A DNA stretch of 64,000 nucleotides from Somniosus microcephalus (taxonomy: Eukaryota), in contig CM126203.1 of NCBI GenBank assembly GCA_052327205.1, forward strand, positions 20,646,001 through 20,710,000. Reading direction: 5' to 3'. Made by a program: the position numbers and the translations under genes. Positions within the stretch are counted from its first letter, which is position 1, and every line of letters begins with the position of its first letter. The notes under the pieces are model-generated. The model had not been told where the DNA came from and made no database searches. It saw only the letters and a list, made by a program, of their open reading frames with translations. This document shows positions 38,664 to 51,481 of this stretch, one piece after another.

Positions 38664-38930
38664 TAGAGGAAACTCTTTTTCATCCAGCACCGACGGGACC
38701 TGCGTGGTTGATCAAAAAGTCCGGATTACAGAGAAGTATACTTACCAAGGTACAAGAGCCCCGTACACGGCCACAGATCCAGGAGTCCCTGTTACACGGC
38801 CACAGATCCAGGAACCCGGGTTACACAGCCACTAATATATAGTAAAACTTACCTGAACCTACTCCTGCATTTTGCCGGTTAAGAGAGATTTCCGGATATT
38901 GAGGTGCCGGTTAAAAGAGAATTCCCTGTA
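38664..38930. mobile_element. Tc1/mariner (Tigger/pogo-like) MITE
   Basis: Ends gaggaaactctttttcatccagcacc and ggtgccggttaaaagagaattccctg-ta; shares gcaccgacgggacc with the 51482-51817 element; internal 29-bp tandem duplication at ~38764-38831. Confidence 0.55.
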
Positions 38931-39896
38931 GTGGTATTGCAGTGATAAAGCTACCCCTAAATCAGGAATAACATTATTACCCAACTATTAAATTAAACAC
39001 TTAAAGCACAATTTTACAATAAAAATTAAGAATTAACCGTGCTTGTCTTTCTTTCCTTTTTGTCCCCGGTGCACTCTTCCCTGTTTTATCTCAATTTATT
39101 TTGTAACTTTAATGTCACTCTCTATCTGTCAAATCAAAAATAGCTGATCTTTTCAAACCCCTTTTTTTTACATTTAAAACAAGTGAATTTTAAAAGCTTC
39201 TTACTTGCCTGTTTTATTTTTCTTACCAAAAAAAAGAGTTTCATCGGCTGTTGCCAGGAATTAGAAGGCTCGGAATACAAGGGTTGACATGGTTGTATCT
39301 GCAGTGTGACTGGTCAATCACATATTTTTACTCATCAAGATCGAGAAGGGCAGCGATGAGAGAGTATACTCAGCCCCCCTCACTACACGGTAGTACCCAC
39401 AAGAGTAAACTTATCCATATGCTAAGAGGATTAAAGCACATCGTCACTGATTATATTCACAGTTGGCAATACCTGGTATATGTATATTTACAAATTGCAT
39501 ATATAGTATGTGTGTATAGATTACATGTGGTCAGCACAAACCATATATGCTTGCATATTGTATATAGAGAATCATGGATACCTTGAAGTAACTACCAGGT
39601 TGAAAGATAATTATGGATGAGGAAGGCCCATTCAAACCTCACTTTATTCATCTCTTCTGAAAGATGCTAAAGCCCTCCCATTGTACAGTCCAGTTCTTTC
39701 TTAAATGCCTCCACTACTCAATCTGCAAGTTTATTGCACACGTTGATCACTCTTTGTTTGAAGAAGGATTCCCTGATATAATACTAAAATGGCCTTTTAT
39801 TAGTTTGGACCAGTGTCCCTTATTTCAGTCCTCACAATTTAATTTAAAATAATATTCCGGGTTTACAATCTCCATTTTCTGAGCAACTTTGTAAGA

Positions 39897-41232
39897 TCAT
39901 AAGAACATAAGAAATAGGAGCAGGAATAGGCCATTCGGCCCCTCGGGCCTGCTCTGCCATTCAATAAGATCATGGCTGATCATCGACCTCAACTCCACTT
40001 TCCTGCCCACTCCCCATAACCCTTGATTCCCCTCTTTTTCAAAAGTCTGTCTATCTCCGCCTTGAATATATTCAATGACTCCGCCTGCAATATAACGTGG
40101 ATAAATGTGAGGTTATCCACTTTGGTGGCAAAAACAGGAAGGCAGATTATTATCTAAATGGCAATAGATTGGGATAAGGGGAAGTGCAACGAGACCTTGG
40201 TGTCCTTGTGCACCAGTCGCTGAAGGTAAGCATGCAGGTGCAGCAGGCGGTTAAGAAGGCAAATGGTATGTTGGCCTTCGTAGCGAGAGGGTTTGAGTAC
40301 AGGAACAAGGATGTCTTGCTGCAGTTGTACAGGGCCTTGGTGAGACCACATCTTGAGTATTGTGCGCAGTTTTGGTCACCTTATCTGAGGAAGGATATTC
40401 TTGCCATGGAGAGAGTGCAGCGAAGATTCACCAGACTGATACCTGGGATGGCAGGAATGACGTATGAGGAGAGATTGGATCGATTGGACTTGTACTCGCT
40501 GGAGTTTAGAAGAATGAGAGGTGATGTCATTGAAACTTATAAAATTCTGACAGGACTAGACAGACTAGATACAGGAAGGATGTTCCCAATGGCGGGGGAG
40601 TCCAGAACCAGGGGTCACAGTCTAAGGATAAGGGGTAGGCCATTTAAGACAGAAATGAGGAGGAATTTCTTCACCCAGAGAGTGGTGAACCTGTGGAACT
40701 CTCTACCACAGAAGGCGGTGAAGGCCAGTTCATTAAATATATTCAAGAAGGAGTTGGATATATTTCTTAAGGCTAGAGGGATCAAGGGATATGGGGAGAA
40801 AGCAGGGACCGGGTACTGAATTTGGATGATCAGCCATGATTGCTTTGAATGGCGGAGCAGGCTCGAGGGGCCGAATGGCCTACTCCTGCTCCTATCTTCT
40901 ATGTTTCTATGCCTCCACAGCTCCCTGGGGTCGAGCATTCCAAAGATTCACGACCATCTGAGAGAAGAAATTCCTCCTCATCTCCGTTTTAAATGGGCGA
41001 CCCCTTATCCTGAAACTATGCCCCCTAGTTCTAGATTCCCCCACAAGGGGAAACATCCTCCCTGCATTGACCCTGTCAAGCCCCCTCAGAATCTTATATG
41101 TTTCAATAAGATCACCTCTCATTCTTCTAAACTCCAATGAGTATAGGCCTAACCTGCTCAACCTTTCCTCATAAGACAACCCCTTCAACTCAGGAATCAA
41201 CCTAGTGAACCTTCTCTGAACTGCCTCCAACC
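39897..41232 (-). mobile_element. CR1 LINE (minus) split by a plus-strand CR1
   Basis: 3' UTR at 39897-40087 and ORF2 end at 40911-41232 (LEAVQRRFTRLIPELKGLSYEERL...); gcct occurs at both junctions. Confidence 0.85.
40088..40910 (+). mobile_element. Young CR1 LINE, 3' 0.8 kb, open ORF2 C-terminus
   Basis: 211-aa ORF RDLGVLV...YRALVRPHLEYCAQFWSPY...RGDVIETYKIL...FFTQRVVNLWNSLP. Confidence 0.95.
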
Positions 41233-41962
41233 TCAACAACAACAACAACAACTTGTATTTATATAGTGCCTTTAACATAGTAAAACGTCCCAAGGTGCTT
41301 CACAGGAGAGTTATCAAACAAAATTTGACACCGAGCCACATAAGGAGATATTAGGGCAGATAACCAATAGCTTGGTCAGAGGTAGGTTTTAAGGAGCATC
41401 TTAAAGGAGGAAAGAGAGGTGGAGAGGTTTGGGGAGGGAATTCCAGAGCTTAGGGCCTTGACAGCTGAAGGCACGGCCACCAGTGGTGGAGCGATTAAAA
41501 TCGGGGATGCTCAAGGGGCCAGAATTGGAGGAGTGCAGATATCTCGGAGGGTTGTTGGCCAGAGCAGACTACAGAGATAGGGAGGGGTGAGGCCATGGAG
41601 GGATTTGAAAACAAGGATGAGAATTTTAAAATCGAGGCATTGCTTAAGCAGGGGCAAATGTAGGTCAGCAAGCACAGGGGTGATGAGTGAACGGGACTTG
41701 GTGAGAGTTAGGATATGGACAGCAGAGTTTTGGATGATCTCAAGTTTCAAGAGGGTAGAACATGTGAGGCTAGCCAGGCGTGCATTGGAATAGTCAAGTC
41801 TATTGGTAACACAGGCATGGATGAGGGTTTCAGCAGCGGATGAGCTGAGGCAAGGGTGGAGTTGGACGATGTTACAGAGGTGGAAATTGGCGATCTTCGC
41901 GATGGCACGGATGTGTGGTCGGAAGCTCATCTCAGGGTCAAATATGGCACCAAGGTTGTGAA
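41233..41962 (-). mobile_element. L2 LINE 3' fragment
   Basis: (CAA)n tail at ~41234-41252; minus ORF NLGAIFDPEMSFRPHI...AETLIHA...RLDYSN. Confidence 0.92.
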
Positions 41963-42130
41963 CCTCTCGAATGCTTTCTTTCCAGGTTGAGAAACCCAAG
42001 TCTTTCCTGATAGCTCTGACCTCTGGTACCGAGGGTCAGCCTCGTGGCTCTTCTCTGCACTGCTTTCAGTGCTTGAATGTCTCGTTGACAACCAGAACTG
42101 GGTGCAGTGTTCAAGGTGTGACCTGATCAT
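41963..42130 (-). mobile_element. Old CR1 fragment, probable continuation of ~39610-39895
   Basis: Minus frames IRSHLEHCTQFW and AVQRRATRL...SYQERL. Confidence 0.6.
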
Positions 42131-42514
42131 GATTTAATCACTTCATTGAGGAGCTCAGATAATATAATACAGTGTGACCATGAAGCTGAAACTGTACAGA
42201 ATAGTCATCAACACCTGAAGAAGAGATTATAGCCCTGTAATCACTTCAGGACATATCTTTTTTATAATGTGTTCTGTTTTGGGCTCCATTCTTTCTTTCC
42301 CAACAGTGAAAAGATTTGTAAATATGATGAGTCACTGCAAATATATCCAGTGATAATCCATATTTGCTAAATGGGAAATAATACATATTGGACATATATT
42401 TTATATATTTAGAGACACATTATTATATATTTATAGTTTTGGGTCTATGCGAGTGTACAGTTTGAGTCCCTGTTTGCTTTCTAATTGATCTGTGCTAACC
42501 ACATGTAATTCTAG

Positions 42515-42748
42515 TCATAGAATCATAGAAATTTACGGCACAGAGGGAGGCCATTCGGTCCATCGTGTCCGTGCCAGCTGAAAAAGAGCTATCCAACCTA
42601 ATCCCACTTTCCAGCTCTTGGTCCGTAGCCTTGTAGGTTACGGTACTTCAAGTGCATATCCAAGTACTTTCTAAATGTGATGAGGGTTTCTGCCTCTACC
42701 ACCCTTTCAGGCAGTGATTTCCAGACCCCCACCACCCTCTGGGTGAAC
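42515..42748 (-). mobile_element. CR1 LINE 3' fragment
   Basis: FTQRVVGVWKSLPERVVEAETLITFRKYLD plus 3' UTR. Confidence 0.85.
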
Positions 42749-43834
42749 AGCGGCAAATCAGAACCAGGGATCACATTCCACAATAAATATACCGTCGTGG
42801 TTCGACACCAAGAACTGAAAATGTAAGTAAGCAAGCGGAAATAACTCGAACCATTTGACTGTGAGCAAGTTTAATGAGCTGCAAACGTTCAAGTTCCAAA
42901 TGGAAGATTGTTTAACAAACGGTGAAAGGGTGGTGTGAGAGACTTAAGCCTGGATTTGAAAGCCAGCTCGTAATTTTTCTGATGCATGGAACCTAGATTA
43001 GTAAGGAGTCAGGGTGTGGTTGAGGCCTATTTAATTCCCAAAAATGTATTCATTTAAATTTGGTCTGTGAGTAAAGCCATGAAAGATGAACTGTTTTACA
43101 TAAATGCTTGTACGTGTGGGAGTGTAAGACATATTTTCATTTGTATTTACTACCTATTTTAGAAATGTTTTAAACTATTAGCAAAAAGCAGTCACCGAAT
43201 GATGCTAAATGATTTATTCAGTTTTAAAGGCGGTTGCATGAATCTTACGATTCGGATCACTTCAATATTCTGCTGAGCATTTTACACTTTTCTATTGTTA
43301 ATGCAATCTCCTTCTGGTAACATAGGCAATGATTCAGCAGAAGAGCGGACTGGTATAATAAACGGCTGACAGTGAGGTACAGGCAGCAATTTAATCGAGT
43401 CAGGAAAGCTCAAAGACGAAGCTTGTGGAATGTCAGCAGAATTTCCGAGACCGAGCCTCTTCCTGTGCCAGTCATTTATTATTCCATATGATGAACAAGG
43501 CAGGCGCTATTCCTTTTTAGTGCACCGACGCTGACTCCGCCAGTTGTGTCAAGGCGGCATTTTGTTTTGGCACGGTCTCGCTCTGCTGAGTTAAGTATTT
43601 CTGGAACTATTTGAATCAGCGCCCACTGTCCTTTCTGCCGTGTATTCGGCGGAGCTTCTGCCAGCCCCCTTTTTTGGATGTGTACTGGGATTATGCGAGG
43701 GTGATGAGGAGGGAATGGCCACACAAGGCACAGTAACAATCAAGAGGCTATTGACCTCTTGTGGTATAGGATCCAAAACTAAGGTTAAAACAGCACCAAG
43801 GCTATTCGGAATGAGTAAACCTGCTGAACATGGC

Positions 43835-44185
43835 AACATTAGGGACAAGAGTAGGCCATTCAGCCCCTCGAGCCTTCTCCACCATTCAATTAGATAATGG
43901 CTGATCTGTACCTCAACTGCATTTACCCACGCCTTTGATCCGTGTCCCTTGATATCATTTCATAGAATCATAGAATCCTACAGTGCAGAAGGAGGCCATT
44001 TGGCCCATCGTGCCTGTGCGAGCTGTCCAATTTAGTCACCACACCCCAGCTTTTTCCCCATAAGCCTGCAAATTTCCTAACAAAAATCTATCCATTTCAG
44101 TCTTGAAAGCTCCAGTTGCACCAGCATCCACAGCCTTTCGGAGGTGAGCGTTCCATATTATTACTACCCTTTGTGTGGAAAAAGG
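43835..44185 (-). mobile_element. CR1 3' fragment with a second CR1 tail inserted at ~43960-44075
   Basis: Two different CR1 3' UTR types are interleaved. Confidence 0.7.
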
Positions 44186-47136
44186 TTGAAACGTAGGTTT
44201 ATGAGCAAGTTGTTACTTTTTGTGAAAAAAAACCCCCACTCCTTTGTCGTTTTGCATCATTTATCCATCACTCCTGTCTGGGGGAACGAGCAACATGTTC
44301 ACTGTGGCCCCTAATGGCCATTAGAATAATATTGACATCACCGTGTTAATAATTGCCTTCTCGATTATGATACCTCCTCACGATCCACTGCAAGCATGAG
44401 CTCATTATTTGCATGCAGCGTGATTAGGGTTGCGATGCAGAATGTGAAGCAAGTGTGAAAATAGAGCTCTCCCCGCTAATCCATGTTTTTGTTCGTTTAA
44501 TTTCTGAGCAAGTAATCTGGTCATTATGTAACATGCATACTGAGCACAGCGGGCACTGTGTGCTGCAGGTGGAAGGGGTGTTAATGGAACTGTTACAGGC
44601 ACGCAGAATCACACCATTTTTGTTCTTGATCTCAATTTACTCAGAATTGAGACCCTCCACAATATTACTTCACCCCGTAACTATATATGGTCTATACAGG
44701 AGTCTAGCTGCAGGGGCTAAATTAGTTTGGTCTAGAATGAAGGTTGGAATAATAGAAGATAATGTAACCAGAAAGGTTACCGTCTCCTTTCACCCCCCAC
44801 ACCACCTCCTCCCGCCCCTCCCCCCCACTCCACCTAGCTTCTTTTCAACAAACAGAAATGTGCTGATCTGTTTAAGGATCGATGATGAATAGTCTAGTCT
44901 TACACAGGATGCTGTTAAGTTGACCTAGCCTCTGGACCAGGTCCCACTGTTTAAATAGCGCACGCGAGGAGAAGCTAAGTTGCCCTCATCCGTGATGGCA
45001 CGAGGATTCCAGATAAGTGCGCTGCGAGAGCGAGAATTCAAAAGCGCTAGTGTCGGAGTCACGGCTGACGCGGGGTTAAAAGTGCCCGTGCACAAGTTGC
45101 CCGCCGCAGTATGCGTGCAAGAGTGGGGTGGCTTTGGGGGGGGAAACCAGGCGGCTCGGAACTGATTACATTTGTCTTTCTCTCTACTTGTACAATATGT
45201 AGCAATTAGTATGAGTAATCACACTTGGCATTCTTTCATGTGAGTTGAAGGGCTTGTCAGCTTGGTTTGATGGCTGTATCGATTCATTGTGATAACATTT
45301 TGTGTGAGCTGATTTTCATTCTTGAAATCCGTGTTCCTCCTGGGAGCAATGGCAGGACGAATGTTTTGATGGAGCTGATGCGCTTCGGGACCCGAGATTC
45401 ATTCGAAGGCAAAGGCATTATTTTTGTCTTTGAGCAATGCTCCCCCCGTGCCTCTCCAGAGTCACTGCAGGCTCATGCCTTGCCTGTCGACCAGCGCCAA
45501 TGTAAATCAGATTCTTGACGGTGCAATGACGTGGGCAAAGAAGTATATTTAAACCCCCCCCCGCAAAAAAAAGGGCAGGAGTTCCGAGATTGTTTCGGGG
45601 CCCACAGGAGCAGCTGCTAGTTTGAGCCGATTGCAGTAAGGTTTGGGCAAGGTCTCGCATTCTCGGGACAAGACACCTTCATGTCTCAAGGCTTATAAAA
45701 ATGCGTTTCTTCCCAGGTAAGGGGGTGGGGGGGAGGACACCTTGTGTCAACTAAAAAGAAGTTACAAGTTTAATAGCTCTGAAATTTCAACGTCTTTCTC
45801 GCTGTGGATGAGTTGTGATTTTGTTGGGGCACCCTAATGCTGGCCTGGTGCCGATGCTGCACGAGAAATGAGCCACCGATTCACTCTGACTAGTCCAGGG
45901 TCTCGGGGCTTTTTATTTTCAGATTTTTGGAGGGAGTATTTTATTTGTGGAGCTCTCCCAAGTATTGCCTGGTCATGTACGCATGCACGTGTGTAAGTAT
46001 TTAACTCACACATAGTACTGTAATGACAGTGAGTCAGTTGCACTCTTCAGAGTACTCTTGGAGTGAATCATTTGGCTTTAGTACAATGCTGATTGTCTGA
46101 CATCTCTCGAAACAAGGCAGTGCACTTTGCTAAGTTTATTTCTTTCCCTTGCTGACCTGATCTCCAATAAGTGCCTTTTTATAACCGCAATTTCCAGTCC
46201 GTCCACAGCCTCAACCATCTAAACCACTTGGTGCGGGAGAGTGTTCTTTTAAGTTCTTACTGCAATGGGTGAAGGTTGCTGAGCTATTTTTCTGTTCCGT
46301 CGTTATTCCTTTCCTCATTGATTACACGCATGGTGCCTAGAACACTTCCACCGTGTATTCAGTTTAACAATTCTAAGAGCACCAAGGCCCCGGTTAGATT
46401 TGCATTGGCCTGTAGCCACTCTGTCCAGACCTGTGGCGTTTTCATGCGCTGGCAGTGTGAGGGTTAAGATCCTGGTCGCGAGGCTGGCAGTTGGCCAGAA
46501 AATAAGCTGTCTTGCAAAGAGATTTACGAACACAAGCTGAGGAGCTAATTTTACACTTCAAACTAGATTTCATTATTTTATTTATTATTCAGAGCGCTTT
46601 GAAGGCTTTCTGCAATGCAGCAGCGGTTGCTTTATGTCGCGGCTTTTAATTTCTTCAAATGAAGGTTTCCAAGGGTGGAATCACAATGGCTGAAGTCGCT
46701 ATTAGCCGTGAAAGTGAAAATGATAAAAGTGGTCTTTTGTCAGAGCACTGTACTGATGTGTTTTGGAGCCTCAGCATGTTCCTTTAAAAATGCATGAAGG
46801 ACTATTCCTTCCAATCCTTTGTACACCAGTGAATTCATTACAATTATAAACCAAAATTGTTAACTTACAGTTTTGTCTTTGATTCGAGCAATGATCTGTC
46901 TAATACCAGCAACACCAGTCGTTACAATTACTGTGCTTTGATTGGGGGTTGTTATGGAGCAGGTTACCGTGGTCTGACTGCAGCTCATCCGCAGTGTTAC
47001 CAAATTTTGTCCGAAAACGCTCCTGTGAAGCGCCTTGGGACATTAAAGGCGCTATATAAATGCAAGTTGTTGTTGTTGTCATGGTCAGCTGTTTCTGAAC
47101 TGTAGCCAACTTCCTGGTTCCAGAAATCAAATATTC

Positions 47137-48238
47137 ACACCCTGCCCCCTCTCCCACCCAGACAGTCGCACCCTGCCCCCTTTCCCACCCAGTCGCACCC
47201 TGCCCCCTCTCCCACCCAGACAGTCGCACCCTGCCCCCTCTCCCACCCAGACAGTCGCACCCTGCCCCCTCTCCCACCCAGTCGCACCCTGCCCCCTCTC
47301 CCACCCAGACAGTCGCACCCTGCCCCCTCTCCCACCCAGACAGTCGCACCCTGCCCCCTCTCCCACCCAGACAGTCGCACCCTGCCCCCTCTCCCACCCA
47401 GACAGTCGCACCCTGCCCCCTCTCCCACCCAGACAGTCGCACCCTGCCCCCTCTCCCACCCAGACAGTCGCACCCTGCCCCCTCTCCCACCCAGACAGTC
47501 ACACCCTGCCCCCTCTCCCACCCAGACAGTCACACCCTGCCCCCTCTCCCACCCAGACAGTCGCACCCTGCCCCCTCTCCCACCCAGACAGTCGCACCCT
47601 GCCCCCTTTCCCACCCAGTCGCACCCTGCCCCCTCTCCCACCCAGACAGTCGCACCCTGCCCCCTCTCCCACCCAGACAGTCGCACCCTGCCCCCTCTCC
47701 CACCCAGACAGTCGCACCCTGCCCCCTCTCCCACCCAGACAGTCGCACCCTGCCCCCTCTCCCACCCAGACAGTCGCACCCTGCCCCCTCTCCCACCCAG
47801 ACAGTCGCACCCTGCCCCCTCTCCCACCCAGACAGTCGCACCCTGCCCCCTCTCCCACCCAGACAGTCGCACCCTGCCCCCTCTCCCACCCAGACAGTCG
47901 CACCCTGCCCCCTCTCCCACCCAGACAGTCGCACCCTGCCCCCTCTCCCACCCAGACAGTCGCACCCTGCCCCCTCTCCCACCCAGACAGTCGCACCCTG
48001 CCCCCTCTCCCACCCAGACAGTCGCACCCTGCCCCCTTTCCCACCCAGTCGCACCCTGCCCCCTCTCCCACCCAGACAGTCGCACCCTGCCCCCTCTCCC
48101 ACCCAGACAGTCGCACCCTGCCCCCTCTCCCACCCAGACAGTCGCACCCTGCCCCCTCTCCCACCCAGACAGTCGCACCCTGCCCCCTCTCCCACCTAGA
48201 CAGTCGCACCCTGCCCCCTCTCCCACCCAGACACTCAC
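47137..48238. repeat. 31-bp C-rich/G-rich minisatellite, about 35 copies (GCACCCTGCCCCCTCTCCCACCCAGACAGTC), with 27-bp variants
   Basis: Tandem unit read directly; 31-aa periodicity in the minus ORFs. Confidence 0.97.
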
Positions 48239-48876
48239 ACTTTTCCATTTTTCATTTTCACATGATGGAAAGTGAATGACTTTTCACAATTTATCCTTTT
48301 TTGGGGGCTCCTCTTCGCCCAAGAGTTTGAAAATCAATATTTGTACAGATTTGTAAAAAGATGGGGGGAAAAAAAGTAAGGATTTCAAATCACAACCGAA
48401 AGCTCCCTTTTATTATTTCATTTTGTTTTGGTATTGATTTTCAGAGTACTGTAATAATGAAAGAACCAAAAAAGAGTGCGAACCTAAGTCATAAACCTCC
48501 TGTTGGTTTACTCGGGACTTTGCTACGTGCTATTGCTCCTGTACAACACTGCAGTCTACACACTGATGTGCAGTAATGTCACCTGACTGTACAGTGCACC
48601 TTTTTACAGTCTGCGGTCTGGAATCCCTATTTTCAAGCCTTCAATGGGCTCCTCTTTCTCTTCTCTCAATGCTGGCTGTTCAAATGGAATGCTTTTATTT
48701 TCAGCGCGTCAGAGTCAATCCTTTGTGGAGGGTTGAGCTGAGGTTTGTCAACATTCGTACTCAGTCCTGATGCCTTTATACATTAACCTGTTCTTGCATG
48801 AGACGGGATGAATATGTGTGTGTGTGCGCGTGCTATATATGGGGGGTGAGTGGGGGAAGACGAGAGCTCGAAGCCA

Positions 48877-50208
48877 TGTTTGAACCCCTCCAATCAGGTT
48901 TCTGCCACAGTACCGAAACGGCTCTCATCAAAGTCACAAATGACACCCTTTGTGACTGTGACAAAGGTAAACTATCCCTTCTCATCCTTCTTTACTTGTC
49001 TGCAGCCTTTGACACAGTTGCCCACTCCATCCTTCTCCAACGCCTCTCCATCGTCATCCAGCTGGGTGGGACTGCACTCACCTGGTTCCATTCTTATCTA
49101 TCTAATCGTAGCCAGAGAATCACCTGCAATGGCTTCTCTTCCCACTCCTGCATTGTTACCTCTGGTGTCCCCCAAGGATCTATGCTTGGCCCCTTCCTAT
49201 TTCTCATCTACATGCTGCCCCTTGGCGACATCATCCGAAAACACAGCATCAGTTTCCACATGTATGCTGACAACACCCAACTCTACCTTACCACCACTTC
49301 TCTCAACCCCTCCACGGTCTCTAAATTGTCAGACTGCTTGTTTGACATTCAGTTCTGGATAAGTAGAAATTTTCTCCAATTAAATATTGGGAAGACCGAA
49401 GCCATTGTTTTCAGTCCCCGCCACAAACTCCATTCCCTAGCCACTGACTCCATCCCTCTCCCTAACATCTGTCTGAGGCTGAACCACACTGTTCGCAACC
49501 TCTATGTCATATTTGACCCTGAAATGAGCTTCCGACCACATATCCGCGGCATAACTAAGACCGCCTATTTCCACCTCCGTAACATCACCCGTCTCCACCC
49601 TTGCCTCAGCTCATCCGCTGCTGAAACCCTCATCCATGCCCTTGTTACCTCTAGACTTGACTATTCCAATGCACTCCTGGCTGGCCTCCCACATTCTACC
49701 CTACGTAAACTTGAGGTCATCCAAAACTCTGCTGCCCGTGTCCTAACTCGCACCAAGTCCCGTTCACCCATTACCCCTGTGCTCACTGACCTACATTGGC
49801 AACACCTCGATTTCAAAATTCTCATCCTTGTTTTCAAATTCCTCCATGGCCTCTCCCCTCCCTATCTCTGTAATCTCCTCCAGCCCCGCAACCCCCCGGG
49901 ATATCTACGCTCCTCTAATTCTGCCCTCTTGAGCATCCCTGATTATAATCACTCCACCATTGGTGGCCGTGCCTTCAGCTGCCTAGGCCCTAAGCTCTGG
50001 AATTCCCTCCCTAAACCTCTCTACCTCTCTTTCCTCCTTTAAGACGCTCCTTAAAACCTACTTCTTTGACCAAACTTTTGGTCACCTGCCCTAATTTCTC
50101 CTTAGGTGGCTCGGTGTCAAAAAAATTTCTTTTATAATAATCCTGTGAAGCGCCTTGGGACGTTTTACTATGTTCAAGGCGCTATATAAATACAAGTTGT
50201 TGTTGTTG
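48877..50208 (+). mobile_element. L2 LINE, 5'-truncated, covering most of the reverse transcriptase domain and the 3' UTR
   Basis: LQSGF..HSTETAL, LSAAFDTV, GVPQGSMLGP, YADN (for YADD), NIGKTE, RLDYSN; (TTG)n tail. Confidence 0.95.
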
Positions 50209-50410
50209 AGAGGTTGTGAAAGGCAATTATATTGCCTTAATATAACTTCTTGTGCTTCATATCCCTCAGCCCACCACAGACTGTCAATGCTTGGTTTGTT
50301 TTTCTTTTGCTGCTATGAGCTTGAAGTCCACTTATCGAGACTACAGTGGCTGACGGGAGTATTCCAGAGCTCACAGCAAATGCTTAAAACAGAGGCGCCG
50401 GGTTCAATTA

Positions 50411-50762
50411 GAAAACATAGAAACATAGAAGATAGGAGCAGGAGTAGGCCATTCGGCCCTTCGAGCCTGCTCCGCCATTCAACGAGATCATGGCTGATCA
50501 TCCAAACCCTAGCACCCAGTCCCTACACCGACAGCCATCCCACCCAAGCCCTATCCCTGTAACCCCGCGTATTTAATCCCCCCTAACACTAAGGGCCAAT
50601 TTTTTATCATGGCCAATCAACCTAACCCGCACATCTTTGGACTGTGGGAGGAAACCGGAGCACCCGGAGAAAACCCACGCAAACACGGGGAGAATGTGCC
50701 GGATTTGAACCCGGGTCCCTGGCGCTGTGAGGCAACAGTGCTAACCACTATGCCACCGTGCT
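50411..50762 (-). mobile_element. HE1-type V-SINE (~50500-50762) abutting a CR1 3' tail (50411-50500)
   Basis: Minus head gcacggtggcatagtggttagcactgttgcctcacagcgccagggacccgggttcaaatccgg followed by the V-domain. Confidence 0.85.
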
Positions 50763-50982
50763 GGATGGAGTTTCTAGCACGGAGGCGCGGGGACTTCAGA
50801 ACATGGAAAGGAGACAGTGGGGCGAGGGACAGGCTTTAGCTTTTAAGCTGATTTAAAATTGCCAATCGATTTTCTGGGACCAGCTGATACAAAGGTATCT
50901 CGAAGTCATACGACGGAGGTAATTTATTTTGTTTTAAGTTCCCAGCAGAGGAAATCTCTCTGTGCTCAGTACGGGACAATGA

Positions 50983-51209
50983 TAAGAACATAAGAAATAG
51001 GAGCAGGAGTCGGCCATTTGGCCCCTCGAGCCTGCTCCGCCATTTAATAAGATCATGGCTGATCTTTACCTCAACTCCACTTTCCTGCACTATCTCCATA
51101 TCCCTTGATTCCCTTAATATCTAAAAATCTATCGATCTCAGTCTTAAATATACTGAACGACTGAGCCTCCACAGCCCTCTGGGGTACAGAATTCCAAAGA
51201 TTCACACCA
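50983..51209 (-). mobile_element. CR1 LINE 3' fragment
   Basis: taagaacataagaaataggagcaggagtcggccatttggcccctcgagcc... Confidence 0.85.
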
Positions 51210-51422
51210 TCATCCCTTTTGTTGTTTAATCTCTCCTGCCTTCCACCTTATCACAGACCTTCCCTTTTGTTCTTTCCTCCCTTCCCCCTTTTCTGCCTCT
51301 GTATTTGCTTAAAGCCTGTTACATCTCCAACTTCTTCCAGTCATCGACCTGAAACGTTAACTGTTTCTCTCTCCACAGATGCTGCTTGACCAGAGTATTT
51401 CCAGTATTTTCTGTTTTTATTA
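51210..51422 (+). mobile_element. Penelope-like element terminal fragment
   Basis: gtcatcgacctgaaacgttaactgtttctctctccacagatgctgc...gagtatttccagtattttctgttttt. Confidence 0.6.
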
Positions 51423-51481
51423 TGTAACAATCACAGTTGTGTCAACAGTTTAGCAAACAATCATCCTGCAGAAATTTCTAT

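Noticed and set aside
46900-48248. Gly/Arg-rich (RGG-like) ORFs
   Set aside because: Translations of the 31-bp minisatellite.
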